Shown piece after piece: positions 9,194-19,088 of a stretch of DNA of 64,000 nucleotides (position 1 is the first letter of the stretch; the number at the start of each line of letters is the position of its first letter). Origin of the DNA: Pseudomonadota bacterium (GTDB lineage Bacteria; Pseudomonadota; Alphaproteobacteria; Rhizobiales; Xanthobacteraceae); NCBI GenBank assembly GCA_046734435.1, contig JBKPRE010000018.1:2471-66470 (forward strand), read 5' to 3'. Position numbers and translations under genes: made by a program. The notes under the pieces were generated by a model that had not been told where the DNA came from, made no database searches, and saw only the letters and a program-made list of their open reading frames with translations.

Positions 9194-10207
9194 TCAGAAC
9201 GCCGCGGTCGGGCAAACGGGTCCCTTCCACTCGCCAAGCTGCTCAATGGCTTTTTTGGCAAACGTGGTGTCGACCACGTCGTCATAGGTCGGCGTCTTGC
9301 CCTCTTTGATGTTGCCAACCTTGGTCATCAGCTCGGCGGTGAAGTTTATGCGCTCAGGGCTCAGGCCGCTATTGGCATCCCAGATGCATTGCTTGACCAG
9401 GAAGTCAAAGCTTTCGGCCAGAACCTTTTCCGGATAGCCGGTCTGCTTGACGAGGATCGGGATGATCTTGGCCCGGTCCGAGTACATGATGCGGGTGGCC
9501 TCGATATTGGCCGACACGACTCTCTGGACGATGTCCGGATGGTCCTTGATCGTCTTTTCGGTCGCCGACAGGAACGTATAGAGTGTCTTCGGCTGCAGCT
9601 CCCACATGCGCGCGACAGCGTGCAGGTCCGGCACCTTGCTCTTGGCGAACATCTCCTGTTCGACATGCAGGATGGCGGTGTCAACCTGATTGGCAACGAG
9701 CGCCGGCACGTCCTCGCTCGCGATGGTGACGAAGTTGACCTCCTTTGGGTCGATCTTCGCGGCGCGTAGCACACTGCGGCTGAGGATGTCGGCGAAGCCG
9801 CCCGGCTCCTGAATGCCGATACGCTTGCCTTTGAGATCGGCCAAGGTCTTGATCTCGCTGCGCACAACCATCGAGGCTTCAAATTTCGGCAGATTGGCGG
9901 ACAGCGCTTTCACCGCCGCTCCATTCGAGCGGCCGATAATCGTCGGTGCGCCGGGCGTGAGCCCGAACTCGATGTTGCCCGCGAGCAGGGCGCGGTAGAC
10001 CTTTGTCCCGTCTCCGAGCGACACGATATCGACGTCGAGCCCGGCCTTCTTGTACAGGCCGAGCTCCTTGGCGACGATCGCGGGCATATGGACGATATTC
10101 GGCGGCGATGTCGGTATGCCGATGGTGATCTTGGTCTGTGCCTGCGCGGCCGCCGGCAACATGATCGCGGCGGCCAGCACCGCCAGCGATAATTTGAAGT
10201 TTTGCAT
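9194..10207 (-). CDS. ABC transporter substrate-binding protein, NitT/TauT/NMT1 family
   Basis: Signal peptide (AAAQAQ), VAKELGLYKKAGLDV, LADLKGKRIGI. Confidence 0.88.
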   Translation of the reverse strand: MQNFKLSLAVLAAAIMLPAAAQAQTKITIGIPTSPPNIVHMPAIVAKELGLYKKAGLDVDIVSLGDGTKVYRALLAGNIEFGLTPGAPTIIGRSNGAAVKALSANLPKFEASMVVRSEIKTLADLKGKRIGIQEPGGFADILSRSVLRAAKIDPKEVNFVTIASEDVPALVANQVDTAILHVEQEMFAKSKVPDLHAVARMWELQPKTLYTFLSATEKTIKDHPDIVQRVVSANIEATRIMYSDRAKIIPILVKQTGYPEKVLAESFDFLVKQCIWDANSGLSPERINFTAELMTKVGNIKEGKTPTYDDVVDTTFAKKAIEQLGEWKGPVCPTAAF

Positions 10208-10390
10208 CTTTGCTCCTCCCTGTATTCTTGTCGTTCGTGCGCAAATGGCCCGTGAAAGCGTGGGATTTTGCCCCATTGTGTGTGCAAAAACAACGAAGCC
10301 CAGCCCTTTAGTCCAGGCCACGGCACAGCCTTTGACCGACAGCCAATGCAAGGGTTAAGGCACTTACCGGAGCAGTAGCCGGCAGCCATC

Positions 10391-11074
10391 ATGGCGCAAT
10401 TCGTCCGCGAGTTCGGTAAGACCACCGCACCACCGCACCCTGATGGCCGGCTGGACGCGCCCGCATTTCATCGTAACCATGAGGCGATCTGGTCAGCCAT
10501 TGGCGGTTTTCTGGCGGCACAAAACGGCGACCTTCTGGAAATCGGCAGCGGCACCGGCCAGCACGCCGCCGCATTCGCTCCGCTCGCACCCGCAATGACG
10601 TGGTGGCCCAGCGACATATACGACTCGCATCTCAAGAGCATTGCCGCATGGCACGCACTTTCGGGCGCCGCAAACCTGCGCCCGCCCCAGCGCATTGATC
10701 TCAGCAACTCCGATTGGAGCTGGACCGGTGATGCCGGCCGCAATGGGCCGCTCACGGCCATGCTGTGCATCAACGTCCTGCACATCTCGCCCTGGAGCGT
10801 ATCTGAGAATCTGTTTGCAGGCGCGGGCCGATTTCTGCGAAAGCATGGCCGCCTTTTCGTCTATGGCCCATTCCGGCGGAATGGCGCGCATACGTCGCCA
10901 AGCAACGCGGCATTCGATGCCAGCCTGCGGGCGGAGAATCCCGAATGGGGCGTGCGTGACATATCAGACCTGAATGGGCTCGCCAAATCTGCCGGCTTGA
11001 CGGAGGCAGAAATTTCGCCGATGCCGGCGAACAACCTGGTGCTGGCCTTCGTGCGAGAGCTTGGGCAGAATTGA
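10391..11074 (+). CDS. DUF938 family class I SAM-dependent methyltransferase-like protein
   Basis: LLEIGSGTGQHA, WWPSD, INVLHISPW, YGPF...SNAAFDASLR...WGVRD, MPANN. Confidence 0.85.
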   Translation: MAQFVREFGKTTAPPHPDGRLDAPAFHRNHEAIWSAIGGFLAAQNGDLLEIGSGTGQHAAAFAPLAPAMTWWPSDIYDSHLKSIAAWHALSGAANLRPPQRIDLSNSDWSWTGDAGRNGPLTAMLCINVLHISPWSVSENLFAGAGRFLRKHGRLFVYGPFRRNGAHTSPSNAAFDASLRAENPEWGVRDISDLNGLAKSAGLTEAEISPMPANNLVLAFVRELGQN

Positions 11075-11107
11075 ATTTAGCGACGACAACACAAGAAGAA
11101 ACCAACT

Positions 11108-12076
11108 ATGCAGCCTGAACCGATCCACGACATCGCGCACCTCGGCCATGTCGAGTTGCTGACACCGAAATTCGAGGAGAGCCGCCGGTTTTTCATCGAC
11201 ATCATGGGGATGACGCAAAGCGGAGAGAAAGACGGCAGCGTCTATCTCCGCGGCTGGGACGACTATGAGCGCTATTCGCTCAAGCTGACGGACTCGAAGA
11301 CGTCCGGTCTCGGCCATGCCGCCTTCCGGACCCGCTCGCCGCAGGCGCTCGAACGCCGCGCTGCTGCGCTCAAGGGTTCGGGCTTCGACATCGGATGGAC
11401 GGATGGAGATCTCGGCCACGGTAAGACGTTTGTTTTCAAGGATCCGGACGGGCACAGATTCGAGATCTACTACGACACCGAATGGTACGAGCCACCTCAC
11501 GAATTGCGGCCCGCGCTCAAGAATCAGGCGCAGAAGTTTCCGGCCCGCGGCATCAACGTGCGGCGCATCGACCACTTCAACGGCTTGGCCGTGGACATCA
11601 AGGCCAACCGCGAATTCTTCCAGAAATATCTCGGCTTTATGTTGACCGAGCAGATCGTGCTCGACGACGGAACCGAAGCCGGCATGTGGATGACGGCGAC
11701 GAACAAGAGTTACGACTTCGCCTACACCCGCGACCACACCGGCACGAAAGGACGCCTGCACCACGTCACCTTCGCGCTGGATGCGCGCGAGGATGTGCTG
11801 CGTGCCGCGGACATCTTCCTGGAGAACGGCGTCTATATCGAAACGGGACCGCACAAGCACGCAATTCAGCAGACCTTTTTCCTGTACGTCTATGAACCGG
11901 GCGGCAACCGGGTCGAAGTCTCATGCGCAGGCGCGCGCCTCGTGCTTGCCCCCGACTGGAAGCCGATCACCTGGACCGAAGCGGAGCGAAAGAAGGGTCA
12001 GGCCTGGGGCCTGCAGACGATCAAATCGTTCCATACCAAGGGCACGCCACCCGTTCCCGGCCTTCCGGACTCCTGA
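11108..12076 (+). CDS. Catechol 2,3-dioxygenase (type I extradiol dioxygenase, VOC family)
   Basis: IAHLGHVEL, RRIDHFN, LHHVTFA, GPHKHAI...FFLYVYEPGGNRVE. Confidence 0.88.
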   Translation: MQPEPIHDIAHLGHVELLTPKFEESRRFFIDIMGMTQSGEKDGSVYLRGWDDYERYSLKLTDSKTSGLGHAAFRTRSPQALERRAAALKGSGFDIGWTDGDLGHGKTFVFKDPDGHRFEIYYDTEWYEPPHELRPALKNQAQKFPARGINVRRIDHFNGLAVDIKANREFFQKYLGFMLTEQIVLDDGTEAGMWMTATNKSYDFAYTRDHTGTKGRLHHVTFALDAREDVLRAADIFLENGVYIETGPHKHAIQQTFFLYVYEPGGNRVEVSCAGARLVLAPDWKPITWTEAERKKGQAWGLQTIKSFHTKGTPPVPGLPDS

Positions 12077-12089
12077 GTGAGTTTGCATC

Positions 12090-12992
12090 ATGAATCGTCG
12101 CAACACCCCGCGAATTTCCTTTATCGGTTTCGGTGAGGCAGGCCAGGCCATTGCCTCCGGACTCAAGGATGCCGGCGTTGAGCGCATCGCGGCCTGGGAC
12201 ATCCTGTTTCCCGAACGGGCTGGTGCACCTCTCAAGGCCGCCGGCGAGGCGATCGGGGTGCGTGCCGCCGCCTCAGCTGCCGATGCCGTGCGCGAGACGG
12301 ACATCGTCATCTCTGCCGTCACAGCCGCCTCGAGCGTGGACGCTGCGCGCTCCGTTGCCCCGCACCTGAACAACAATCCCTATTATCTCGATATCAATTC
12401 GGTTTCTCCAGGCCGCAAGCTGGAGACCGCCAAACTCCTAAGCGAGCGGGCCCGCTACGTCGACGTAGCGGTGGTTGCCGCCATTCACCCTGCCCGGCAC
12501 CGGACGCCCCTCCTCATCGCCGGCCCGCATGCGGAGGAGATTTCGCCTCTGTTGCGCGAACTCGAGATGCAGCTGTCGGTGGTTAGTCCCGAAACCGGCG
12601 CGGCCGCGGCCATCAAGATGATCCGCAGCGTGATGATCAAAGGCATCGAGGCCCTGACGCTGGAATGCTTCCTGGCTGCGGCGCGTGCCGGGGTTTTGGA
12701 CGAAGTGACGGCGTCCTTGAAGAACAACTATCCGACGCTCGATTGGGGACAGATCGCCGATTACAACCTCGAGCGCATGGCAAGCCATGGCGTCCGGCGC
12801 GCAGCCGAAATGGAGGAATCCGCCGCCACACTGCGCGAGCTAGGGCTCGACCCGTTGATGGTGGAATCTACCGTCAAACGCCAGCGCGAGATGGGCGCAA
12901 TTGGCAAGCTTGATACCGTGCGCGCCACGCTCAATTCGGGCCGTAGCGCAATTCTCGACGCAATCAATGCCGTCACGAAAGACAAACATTGA
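12090..12992 (+). CDS. NAD(P)-dependent oxidoreductase, 6PGD/HIBADH-like with DUF1932-type C-terminus
   Basis: IGFGEAG Rossmann motif; IKMIRSVMIKGIEAL; HGVRRAAEMEE. Confidence 0.8.
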   Translation: MNRRNTPRISFIGFGEAGQAIASGLKDAGVERIAAWDILFPERAGAPLKAAGEAIGVRAAASAADAVRETDIVISAVTAASSVDAARSVAPHLNNNPYYLDINSVSPGRKLETAKLLSERARYVDVAVVAAIHPARHRTPLLIAGPHAEEISPLLRELEMQLSVVSPETGAAAAIKMIRSVMIKGIEALTLECFLAAARAGVLDEVTASLKNNYPTLDWGQIADYNLERMASHGVRRAAEMEESAATLRELGLDPLMVESTVKRQREMGAIGKLDTVRATLNSGRSAILDAINAVTKDKH

Positions 12993-13111
12993 GCGCAAAC
13001 TATATGAACGCACGTTCAGATTAGGGATCGGCCGCTTCAGCGCAAATTTCTTGTAATCCTGCCGCGCGACCTTCTACTATGTTTCGTCCAAAAACTGGTG
13101 GGGAGGAATCG

Positions 13112-13423
13112 ATGAAGTTCAAAAATCTCGCATATGCCACGTTCGTTGCGGCGGCCGCCGTTGCCTTTGTGATCGGCTCGGCCGTGCCCAGCGAGGCCGC
13201 GAAAAAGAAGAAGGCGGCCGCCGCGGCGCCGCCCCCGCCCCCGCAGGTCGTGTGCATGGGACCGCCGGCTCCAGTGTGCGCAACCAAGGGCGACCAGAAA
13301 TTCACCTATCACAACGCCTGTTGGGCCGCGAAAGATGGCGCGAAGGCCGCCAAGCCGGGTGAATGCAAAGCCGCCAAGGCGGCTGCCGGCGGCAAGAAAA
13401 AGGCTAAGAAGAAAAAAGCGTAA
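13112..13423 (+). CDS. Small secreted protein with a four-cysteine Kazal-like domain and Lys-rich flanks
   Basis: Signal peptide, then CMGPPAPVCATKGDQKFTYHNACW...PGEC matching C-x5-PVC...TY-x-N-x-C...G-x-C; GGAGG RBS. Confidence 0.7.
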   Translation: MKFKNLAYATFVAAAAVAFVIGSAVPSEAAKKKKAAAAAPPPPPQVVCMGPPAPVCATKGDQKFTYHNACWAAKDGAKAAKPGECKAAKAAAGGKKKAKKKKA

Positions 13424-13445
13424 TTCAGAATTCAGTCTAAACAAC

Positions 13446-13471
13446 CGGGCCGCTGCGCACGCAGCGGCCCG
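13446..13471. terminator. Hairpin between convergent genes, possible bidirectional terminator
   Basis: CGGGCCGCTGC-GCAC-GCAGCGGCCCG perfect 11-bp stem. Confidence 0.55.
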
Positions 13472-13494
13472 CTCTCATTTTGCGGACGTGAGTT

Positions 13495-14460
13495 CTATTT
13501 CTTGCGCGGCGGAATCTGCAGCAGTTCCGCAATCTGTTCCTTGGTCAGCGGTTTTTCCAGGAATTTCAACTTCACCGCGTCGGCAATCGCGCCGTCAAGA
13601 TCGGCAAACTTGTCCGTCTGCAGCGCTTCCTTCGGCTGGAATTTTGCCATCGAGTCTTTCAGCAAGTCGACCGGCCGGTGAATCTTCGCGGAGTACATCT
13701 CAACCGCCTTGGGGTCGGAGTACATCCAGTCAACCGACTCCCGGTACGCATCCATGAAACGCATGATCGCGTCACGCTTTGTCTTCAGCGCATTTGCATT
13801 GACGATCAGCAACCGAACCGTCTGGCCTCGCAGCGAAGGCACGTCACTGCCATGCGCAACAATGCGAATTTTGCCTTCCTTGATTTCCTGCAGGCCGAAT
13901 GGAGGCGCCGCCCAGCCAATATCGACCTGCCCGGACATCACGGCAGTCAGCGTGGCGGCCGGACCGCCGGTCGCCGTGGGCTTCGCTTTGGCGCCGAGTT
14001 CGCTGACAAATGCGACGACGATGTTGTTCGAGCTTGACCCGTTGGTCGAGTAAGCGATCGTGTTCTCGGGCGTGGCATCTTTCAGGCTTTGGATTTTCGA
14101 ATCCGCTTTCACGTACCAGAACAGATCGCCAGTGCCGGTGAACATCGGCGCCAGGATGCGCATCGGCGCGCCTTTCGAGAAAGCGCGCATCACGCCGGCG
14201 GCGCCGACGCCGGCACCGATGTCGGCCGAACCCGAGATCACTGCCTGAATGGTCTCGCCCGCGCCTTGCGTGCCAACATTCTCAAGCACAAGTCCATGCT
14301 TCTTGAAGATGCCGGCATCCTGGCCAAGCGTCGGAGCCTGGTTTTCCCAGTTGTTGATCTGTCCGATGGCAACCTTCAGCTGATCCTCAGCCGAGGCCGG
14401 TCCGATGGCGAGCGCAAGGGCAAATCCCAGCACGCCGCCGATTGTCTTGAAGGCCTTCAT
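13495..14460 (-). CDS. ABC transporter substrate-binding protein, NMT1/SsuA-like
   Basis: Signal peptide (PASAED), GIFKKHGLVLE, TIQAVISGSADIG, VMSGQVDIGW. Confidence 0.87.
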   Translation of the reverse strand: MKAFKTIGGVLGFALALAIGPASAEDQLKVAIGQINNWENQAPTLGQDAGIFKKHGLVLENVGTQGAGETIQAVISGSADIGAGVGAAGVMRAFSKGAPMRILAPMFTGTGDLFWYVKADSKIQSLKDATPENTIAYSTNGSSSNNIVVAFVSELGAKAKPTATGGPAATLTAVMSGQVDIGWAAPPFGLQEIKEGKIRIVAHGSDVPSLRGQTVRLLIVNANALKTKRDAIMRFMDAYRESVDWMYSDPKAVEMYSAKIHRPVDLLKDSMAKFQPKEALQTDKFADLDGAIADAVKLKFLEKPLTKEQIAELLQIPPRKK

Positions 14461-14551
14461 GCGTTTCCTCCCTGGATACTTATTGCTTGTTCGCGCTCGC
14501 CCCCTGTGGGCGGCATTCAACACCGGCTTCCGGCCGCAGAAAAGCGTATTG

Positions 14552-15367
14552 TCAGCGCCGTTTCTTACGGCTTCGCTTGGGTGCGGACTTTTTGGCGGGA
14601 GCAGCACGGCGCTTTGGGCTCGCTTTCCGCTCTGGAGCGGCCGCAAGTCCGCCGGCCTTGGCGACCCGCATCGACCAATATTCCCACGATCGCGTGAGGC
14701 CTGTGGTCTTGGCGCTGATCTGGCCCGCCAACATGGTTTCGCCGGGTGAAAGCGTGGCGATATCGGACCCAATGGTCATCGCACGCACCTGATAGTCGGC
14801 ATTACGGGCCGAGTAGACCGAGCGGAAAACGCAATCGCGCACGCTGGTGCCGGCCACCGTGACGCCGTGGCGCATCATCAGCACCATCCAGTGCTTGCCG
14901 AGCGCACGCGCCAGCGAAGCGCCCTCCTCCGGCTTTATCACCAGCATATTGGTGTCGCCGAACTCGTCGCGCTGATCCCAGAACGGCGGTCTGATGCCGC
15001 CAACGGAGCCGAGATGGAAAATCGGCATGTAGTCGGTGCCCGTCGCGAGCAATGGCATGAATGCCGGACAATGGTGGTGACACACCGAATTCACCTCCGG
15101 CCGCGCTTTGTAGATTTCGCCATGGATCACCCGTTCGGAATACTGCCCAACACCCGGATCGCGCTCCGGCTGGGAGTCCAGGTTGTATTCAATGAAGTCG
15201 TCTGGCGTCACCAGCTCGGGCGCGCGCGAGCGCGACAGTAAATAGCGTCTCGGATTGTCCGGATGACGCATGCTGACATGGCCGAAGGCATCGATCACGC
15301 CCTCGTTGGCGACAATCCGGTTTGCAAGCGCGAGCTCGCGGCGGGCTTCGAGAAGCGTATTGGCCAC
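14552..15367 (-). CDS. Class II aldolase/adducin family protein
   Basis: DAFGHVSMRHP, YSERVIHGEIYKARPEVNSVCHHH, LMMRHGVTVAG; GTG start with GAGGA RBS. Confidence 0.88.
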   Translation of the reverse strand: MANTLLEARRELALANRIVANEGVIDAFGHVSMRHPDNPRRYLLSRSRAPELVTPDDFIEYNLDSQPERDPGVGQYSERVIHGEIYKARPEVNSVCHHHCPAFMPLLATGTDYMPIFHLGSVGGIRPPFWDQRDEFGDTNMLVIKPEEGASLARALGKHWMVLMMRHGVTVAGTSVRDCVFRSVYSARNADYQVRAMTIGSDIATLSPGETMLAGQISAKTTGLTRSWEYWSMRVAKAGGLAAAPERKASPKRRAAPAKKSAPKRSRKKRR

Positions 15368-15487
15368 TGATATTTCCTCTTGAAAATGCTGAAAGTCCGA
15401 GGTCCCGCATTATAGGACATCATCGGCACCGAGCCAGAGCGAACGGCGCTTGACAGTTCGTCCCGGTTAGGGACGCTTCCTTCCGTC

Positions 15488-16279
15488 ATGGCAGCTGCAG
15501 CACAGATCGTTATCGATCGGGTCAACCATCTCTATCGTCCGCCGCGCGGGCGCGAAGTGCTGGCACTCGACCAGGTTTCGCTGGAAGTTGCCAATCGTGA
15601 GTTCGTCGCGCTGCTCGGGCCATCAGGCTGCGGCAAATCCACCTTGCTCTATCTCATCGGCGGATTTTTGCCGGTCGAAACCGGCGCGATCCTGATCGAT
15701 GGCCAGAATGTCGCCGGGCCGGGACCTGACCGCGGCATCGTCTTTCAGCACTTCGCGCTGTTCCCGTGGAAGACGGTGCGCGGCAACATTCTTTACGGAC
15801 TCGAGCGGCAAGGCATGCCCAAGGACGAGCGCGAAAAGCGCGCCATGGACTTTATCGAACTGGTGGGGCTCTCGGGCTTTGAAGACAGTTATCCGTCGCA
15901 ACTGTCCGGGGGCATGAAACAACGTACGGCGATCGCGCGTACGCTCGCTTTCGACCCGAAGATCCTGCTGATGGATGAGCCATTCGGGGCGCTCGACGCC
16001 CAGACGCGCGGCCTGATGCAGAGCGAGCTACTGCGCATCTGGCAGCGCACCCCGAAAACCGTCATCTTCGTGACTCACGATGTGCAAGAGGCCGTCTACC
16101 TCGCCGACCGCGTCGCAGTGATGTCTGCGCGCCCGGGGCGTATCAAGACAATCGTCGACACTAAGTTCGACAAGAACGATCCCGATATCTTCAAGAACAA
16201 GTTTTTCGTCGAGAAAGTCGACGAAATCTGGAATCTGGTGAAGGAAGAAGCGATCAAGGCGCAGGGCAAGCGGTCATGA
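15488..16279 (+). CDS. ABC transporter ATP-binding protein, NitT/TauT family
   Basis: GPSGCGKST, LSGGMKQR, LLMDEPF, FVTHD. Confidence 0.95.
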   Translation: MAAAAQIVIDRVNHLYRPPRGREVLALDQVSLEVANREFVALLGPSGCGKSTLLYLIGGFLPVETGAILIDGQNVAGPGPDRGIVFQHFALFPWKTVRGNILYGLERQGMPKDEREKRAMDFIELVGLSGFEDSYPSQLSGGMKQRTAIARTLAFDPKILLMDEPFGALDAQTRGLMQSELLRIWQRTPKTVIFVTHDVQEAVYLADRVAVMSARPGRIKTIVDTKFDKNDPDIFKNKFFVEKVDEIWNLVKEEAIKAQGKRS

Positions 16280-17019
16280 AGCAATCCCTGATCCGCTATC
16301 TTCCCCTGCTGCTGCTCGCGATCGCCTGGGAGGTCGTGGCACGGCTTGAGCTTGTCTCGACCTCGGCGTTGCCGCCCTTGTCCGAAGTGATCTCGGCGGG
16401 GGTCGCCATGGTCAGGGATGGCGAGCTAGTCACCAATGGCGCATCCTCGCTTTACCGGGCCGGCGCTGGCCTCGCTCTGGCGATCCTGATCGGCAGCACC
16501 CTCGGGATTGCCATGGCCTGGTGGAAACCGGTGAACGTATTGGTCGCTCCGATCGTGGAAATTTTTTACCCGCTGCCGAAGTCGGCGCTGATCCCCGTGA
16601 CGGTTATCTGGCTTGGCTTTGGCGATGGATCGAAAATCCTGCTGATCTTTCTGGGCTGCATGCTGCCGGTGACGATCGGTGCGTTCAACGGTGCGCGATC
16701 GAGCGAACAGGTGCTGGTCTGGTCGGCGCGCAGTATGGGCGCAAGCCGGTTGCGCATGTTGTGGGACGTCGTGGTGCCGAGCGCCATGCCGGAGCTGCTC
16801 AATGGTGTCCGCACCGCGCTCGCGCTTTCTTTCATCCTTCTGGTTTCGTCAGAACTGATCGTGGCGCAGAAAGGCTTCGGCTACCTCATCGGATTCACCG
16901 GCGCCAATGGCAACTACGACGCGATGTACGCGGTGGTTCTCACGGTGGCGTTTCTGGGCTTTGCCGCCGATCGTATCTATCTGCAGATCACCAGGCGGGC
17001 GCTCGCATGGCGCGACTGA
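16276..17019 (+). CDS. ABC transporter permease
   Basis: TM segments, SARSMGAS loop; ATGA overlap with the ATPase gene. Confidence 0.9.
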   Translation: MKQSLIRYLPLLLLAIAWEVVARLELVSTSALPPLSEVISAGVAMVRDGELVTNGASSLYRAGAGLALAILIGSTLGIAMAWWKPVNVLVAPIVEIFYPLPKSALIPVTVIWLGFGDGSKILLIFLGCMLPVTIGAFNGARSSEQVLVWSARSMGASRLRMLWDVVVPSAMPELLNGVRTALALSFILLVSSELIVAQKGFGYLIGFTGANGNYDAMYAVVLTVAFLGFAADRIYLQITRRALAWRD

Positions 17020-17858
17020 ACCCAGCCAATCCGGTCGCCGGCGCACCGCCGGATGGCCTGCCCGAAAAGGCGGCACGGGTTCTCTATATGGGGCTCTGGG
17101 GCTTTGCGCGTATTTCCTCCGTGCTCGCGCTCGCAATTGCCTGGGAATGGCTGGCCCGTAGCGGGACATTCACCCCGTTTCAGCTGCCGGCTTTGAGCGC
17201 CGTCCTCGAACGGATCTGGAGCGACGCCGTCGATGGGGATCTCTGGATCAATACCGCGTTGACGCTCTATCGCGCTCTGGTCGCCTTCGCGATCTGCGCG
17301 GTTGGCGGCGTGATTATCGGCATGGCGATGTCCCGCAATATCCTCGCCCACTGGTTTTTCGATCCGATCGTCTCGGTCGGCTTTCCGATGCCCAAGATCG
17401 CCTTCCTTCCTGTGGTGATCCTCTGGCTCGGCGTCTACGACGTCTCCAAGATCACCATCATCGTCGTTGACGCAATATTCCCTGTGATCGCGGCGACCGT
17501 CATCGCCATTCAGGGTGTCGAGCGCGAGCTGATCTGGTCGGCACGCAATATGGGGGCGACGAACCGTGAGCTTCTGTATCAGATCATATTGCCGGCGGCC
17601 TTGCCGCAGATCATGACCGGGCTGCAGGTCGCTCTGCCGCTGTCGCTGATCGTGGCGGTGGTGGCCGAAATGCTGATGGGCGGCTACGGCCTTGGCGGCG
17701 CCATGATGACCGCCTCACGCTTTGCTAACTCCACCAGCGTCTTTGCAGGTATCCTGGAAATCGCCGTCGTCGGGTACATCCTGGTCAAGGCCATGAGCCT
17801 TGTTCGCCGCCGTCTGCTGATCTGGCATCAGGAAGCAAATGCGCCCAGCACGGCCTGA
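17007..17858 (+). CDS. ABC transporter permease
   Basis: TM segments, SARNMGAT loop; ATG at 17007 overlaps the previous gene end. Confidence 0.88.
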   Translation: MARLNPANPVAGAPPDGLPEKAARVLYMGLWGFARISSVLALAIAWEWLARSGTFTPFQLPALSAVLERIWSDAVDGDLWINTALTLYRALVAFAICAVGGVIIGMAMSRNILAHWFFDPIVSVGFPMPKIAFLPVVILWLGVYDVSKITIIVVDAIFPVIAATVIAIQGVERELIWSARNMGATNRELLYQIILPAALPQIMTGLQVALPLSLIVAVVAEMLMGGYGLGGAMMTASRFANSTSVFAGILEIAVVGYILVKAMSLVRRRLLIWHQEANAPSTA

Positions 17859-17993
17859 GTGTACCGGATGGCGGGCGTTTGCCGATCCCGGCAGGCTTGC
17901 CAAAATCAGTTGGACCCCCGACAATCTCGCCGTCTTCGCAACGAGAAGCTTGCAGCTTGAGCGCGCAAGCCCGGCGAAACTGGGAGGAAAATC

Positions 17994-18995
17994 ATGCGCC
18001 TTTTGAAACTCGCGCTGGCCGGCGTGTGCGTGCTCGGCCTCGCTGGCACCGCCAACAGCGCGGAGCCGGTGAAAATTCGCATGTCGTGGGTGGCGCCGGT
18101 CTCGAACTGGGCGTCGATCGTGCTGGAGAAGAAGGATCTCGCCAAACATCTCGGCAAGTCCTACACGCTGGAGCCGGTTCGCTATCAGGGCACCCCGCCG
18201 ATGATCACGGCGATCGCCAATAACGAGCTTGAAGTCTCCAACCTCGCCTACTCATCGCTCGCAATCGCGATCGAAAATGCCGGCCTCGACGATATTCGCG
18301 TCATTGCCGATGAATTCCAGGATGGGGTGCCGGGCTATTACACGCAGGAATATTTTGTCCGCAAAGACAGCGGCATCAACAAGGTCGAGGACCTCAAGGG
18401 CAAGGTCGTCGGCACCAATGCGGGCGGAAGCGCGGTCGACGTCGCCATGCGCGCTATGCTGAAGAAGCACGGACTCGAGGCCAACCGCGATTACACGATG
18501 CTCGAGGCGCCGCTACCGACAATGCCGGCGGTCCTGTCGGACAAAAAGGCCGACCTGATCCCGGCCGTTCTGCCCTTCTCCTTCAATCCAAAGCTGCGTG
18601 AGGAGGGAAAGGTCCTGTTCAAGCAGACCGAGGCGCTCGGTGTGACACAAATGATCGTATGGACGGCGCGCAAGTCGTTCATCGACAAGCACCGCGCGGC
18701 GATGGTGGACTTCATGGAAGACATGCTGATCATCACGCGCTGGTTCACCGACCCGAAAAATCACGCTGAGGTTGCCCAGATCGCGTCGAAGATCACAAAG
18801 GCGCCGCCCGAGCGCTTCGGCTGGCTCTTCACCAAGCAGGACACCTATCGCGATCCCAACCTGCTGCCGAACCTCGAGGCCTTGCAGCGCAACGTCGACA
18901 CGACGCGCGACCTCGGTTTTGTGAAGAAGAAGATCGATGTCAAGAAATACTCGGACCTCAGTCTCGTTCAGGAAGCCGCCAAGCGCCTGAAATAA
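17994..18995 (+). CDS. ABC transporter substrate-binding protein, NitT/TauT family
   Basis: Signal peptide (ANSAEP), VEDLKGKVVGTN; GGAGG RBS. Confidence 0.9.
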   Translation: MRLLKLALAGVCVLGLAGTANSAEPVKIRMSWVAPVSNWASIVLEKKDLAKHLGKSYTLEPVRYQGTPPMITAIANNELEVSNLAYSSLAIAIENAGLDDIRVIADEFQDGVPGYYTQEYFVRKDSGINKVEDLKGKVVGTNAGGSAVDVAMRAMLKKHGLEANRDYTMLEAPLPTMPAVLSDKKADLIPAVLPFSFNPKLREEGKVLFKQTEALGVTQMIVWTARKSFIDKHRAAMVDFMEDMLIITRWFTDPKNHAEVAQIASKITKAPPERFGWLFTKQDTYRDPNLLPNLEALQRNVDTTRDLGFVKKKIDVKKYSDLSLVQEAAKRLK

Positions 18996-19011
18996 GACTC
19001 TCCCGCAATAC

Positions 19012-19050
19012 AAAAGCGGCCCCGGATTTTTTCCGGGGCCGCTTCTTTTT
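19012..19050 (+). terminator. Rho-independent terminator
   Basis: AAGCGGCCCCGGA-TTTTT-TCCGGGGCCGCTT stem followed by a T tract. Confidence 0.85.
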
Positions 19051-19088
19051 GGTTGCCTTGTAGGCCTTGGAGCAGCGTTGACTCACAA

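Noticed and set aside
16521-17006. Long N-terminal extension of the second permease
   Set aside because: It overlaps the first permease in another frame; the true start is likely 17007.
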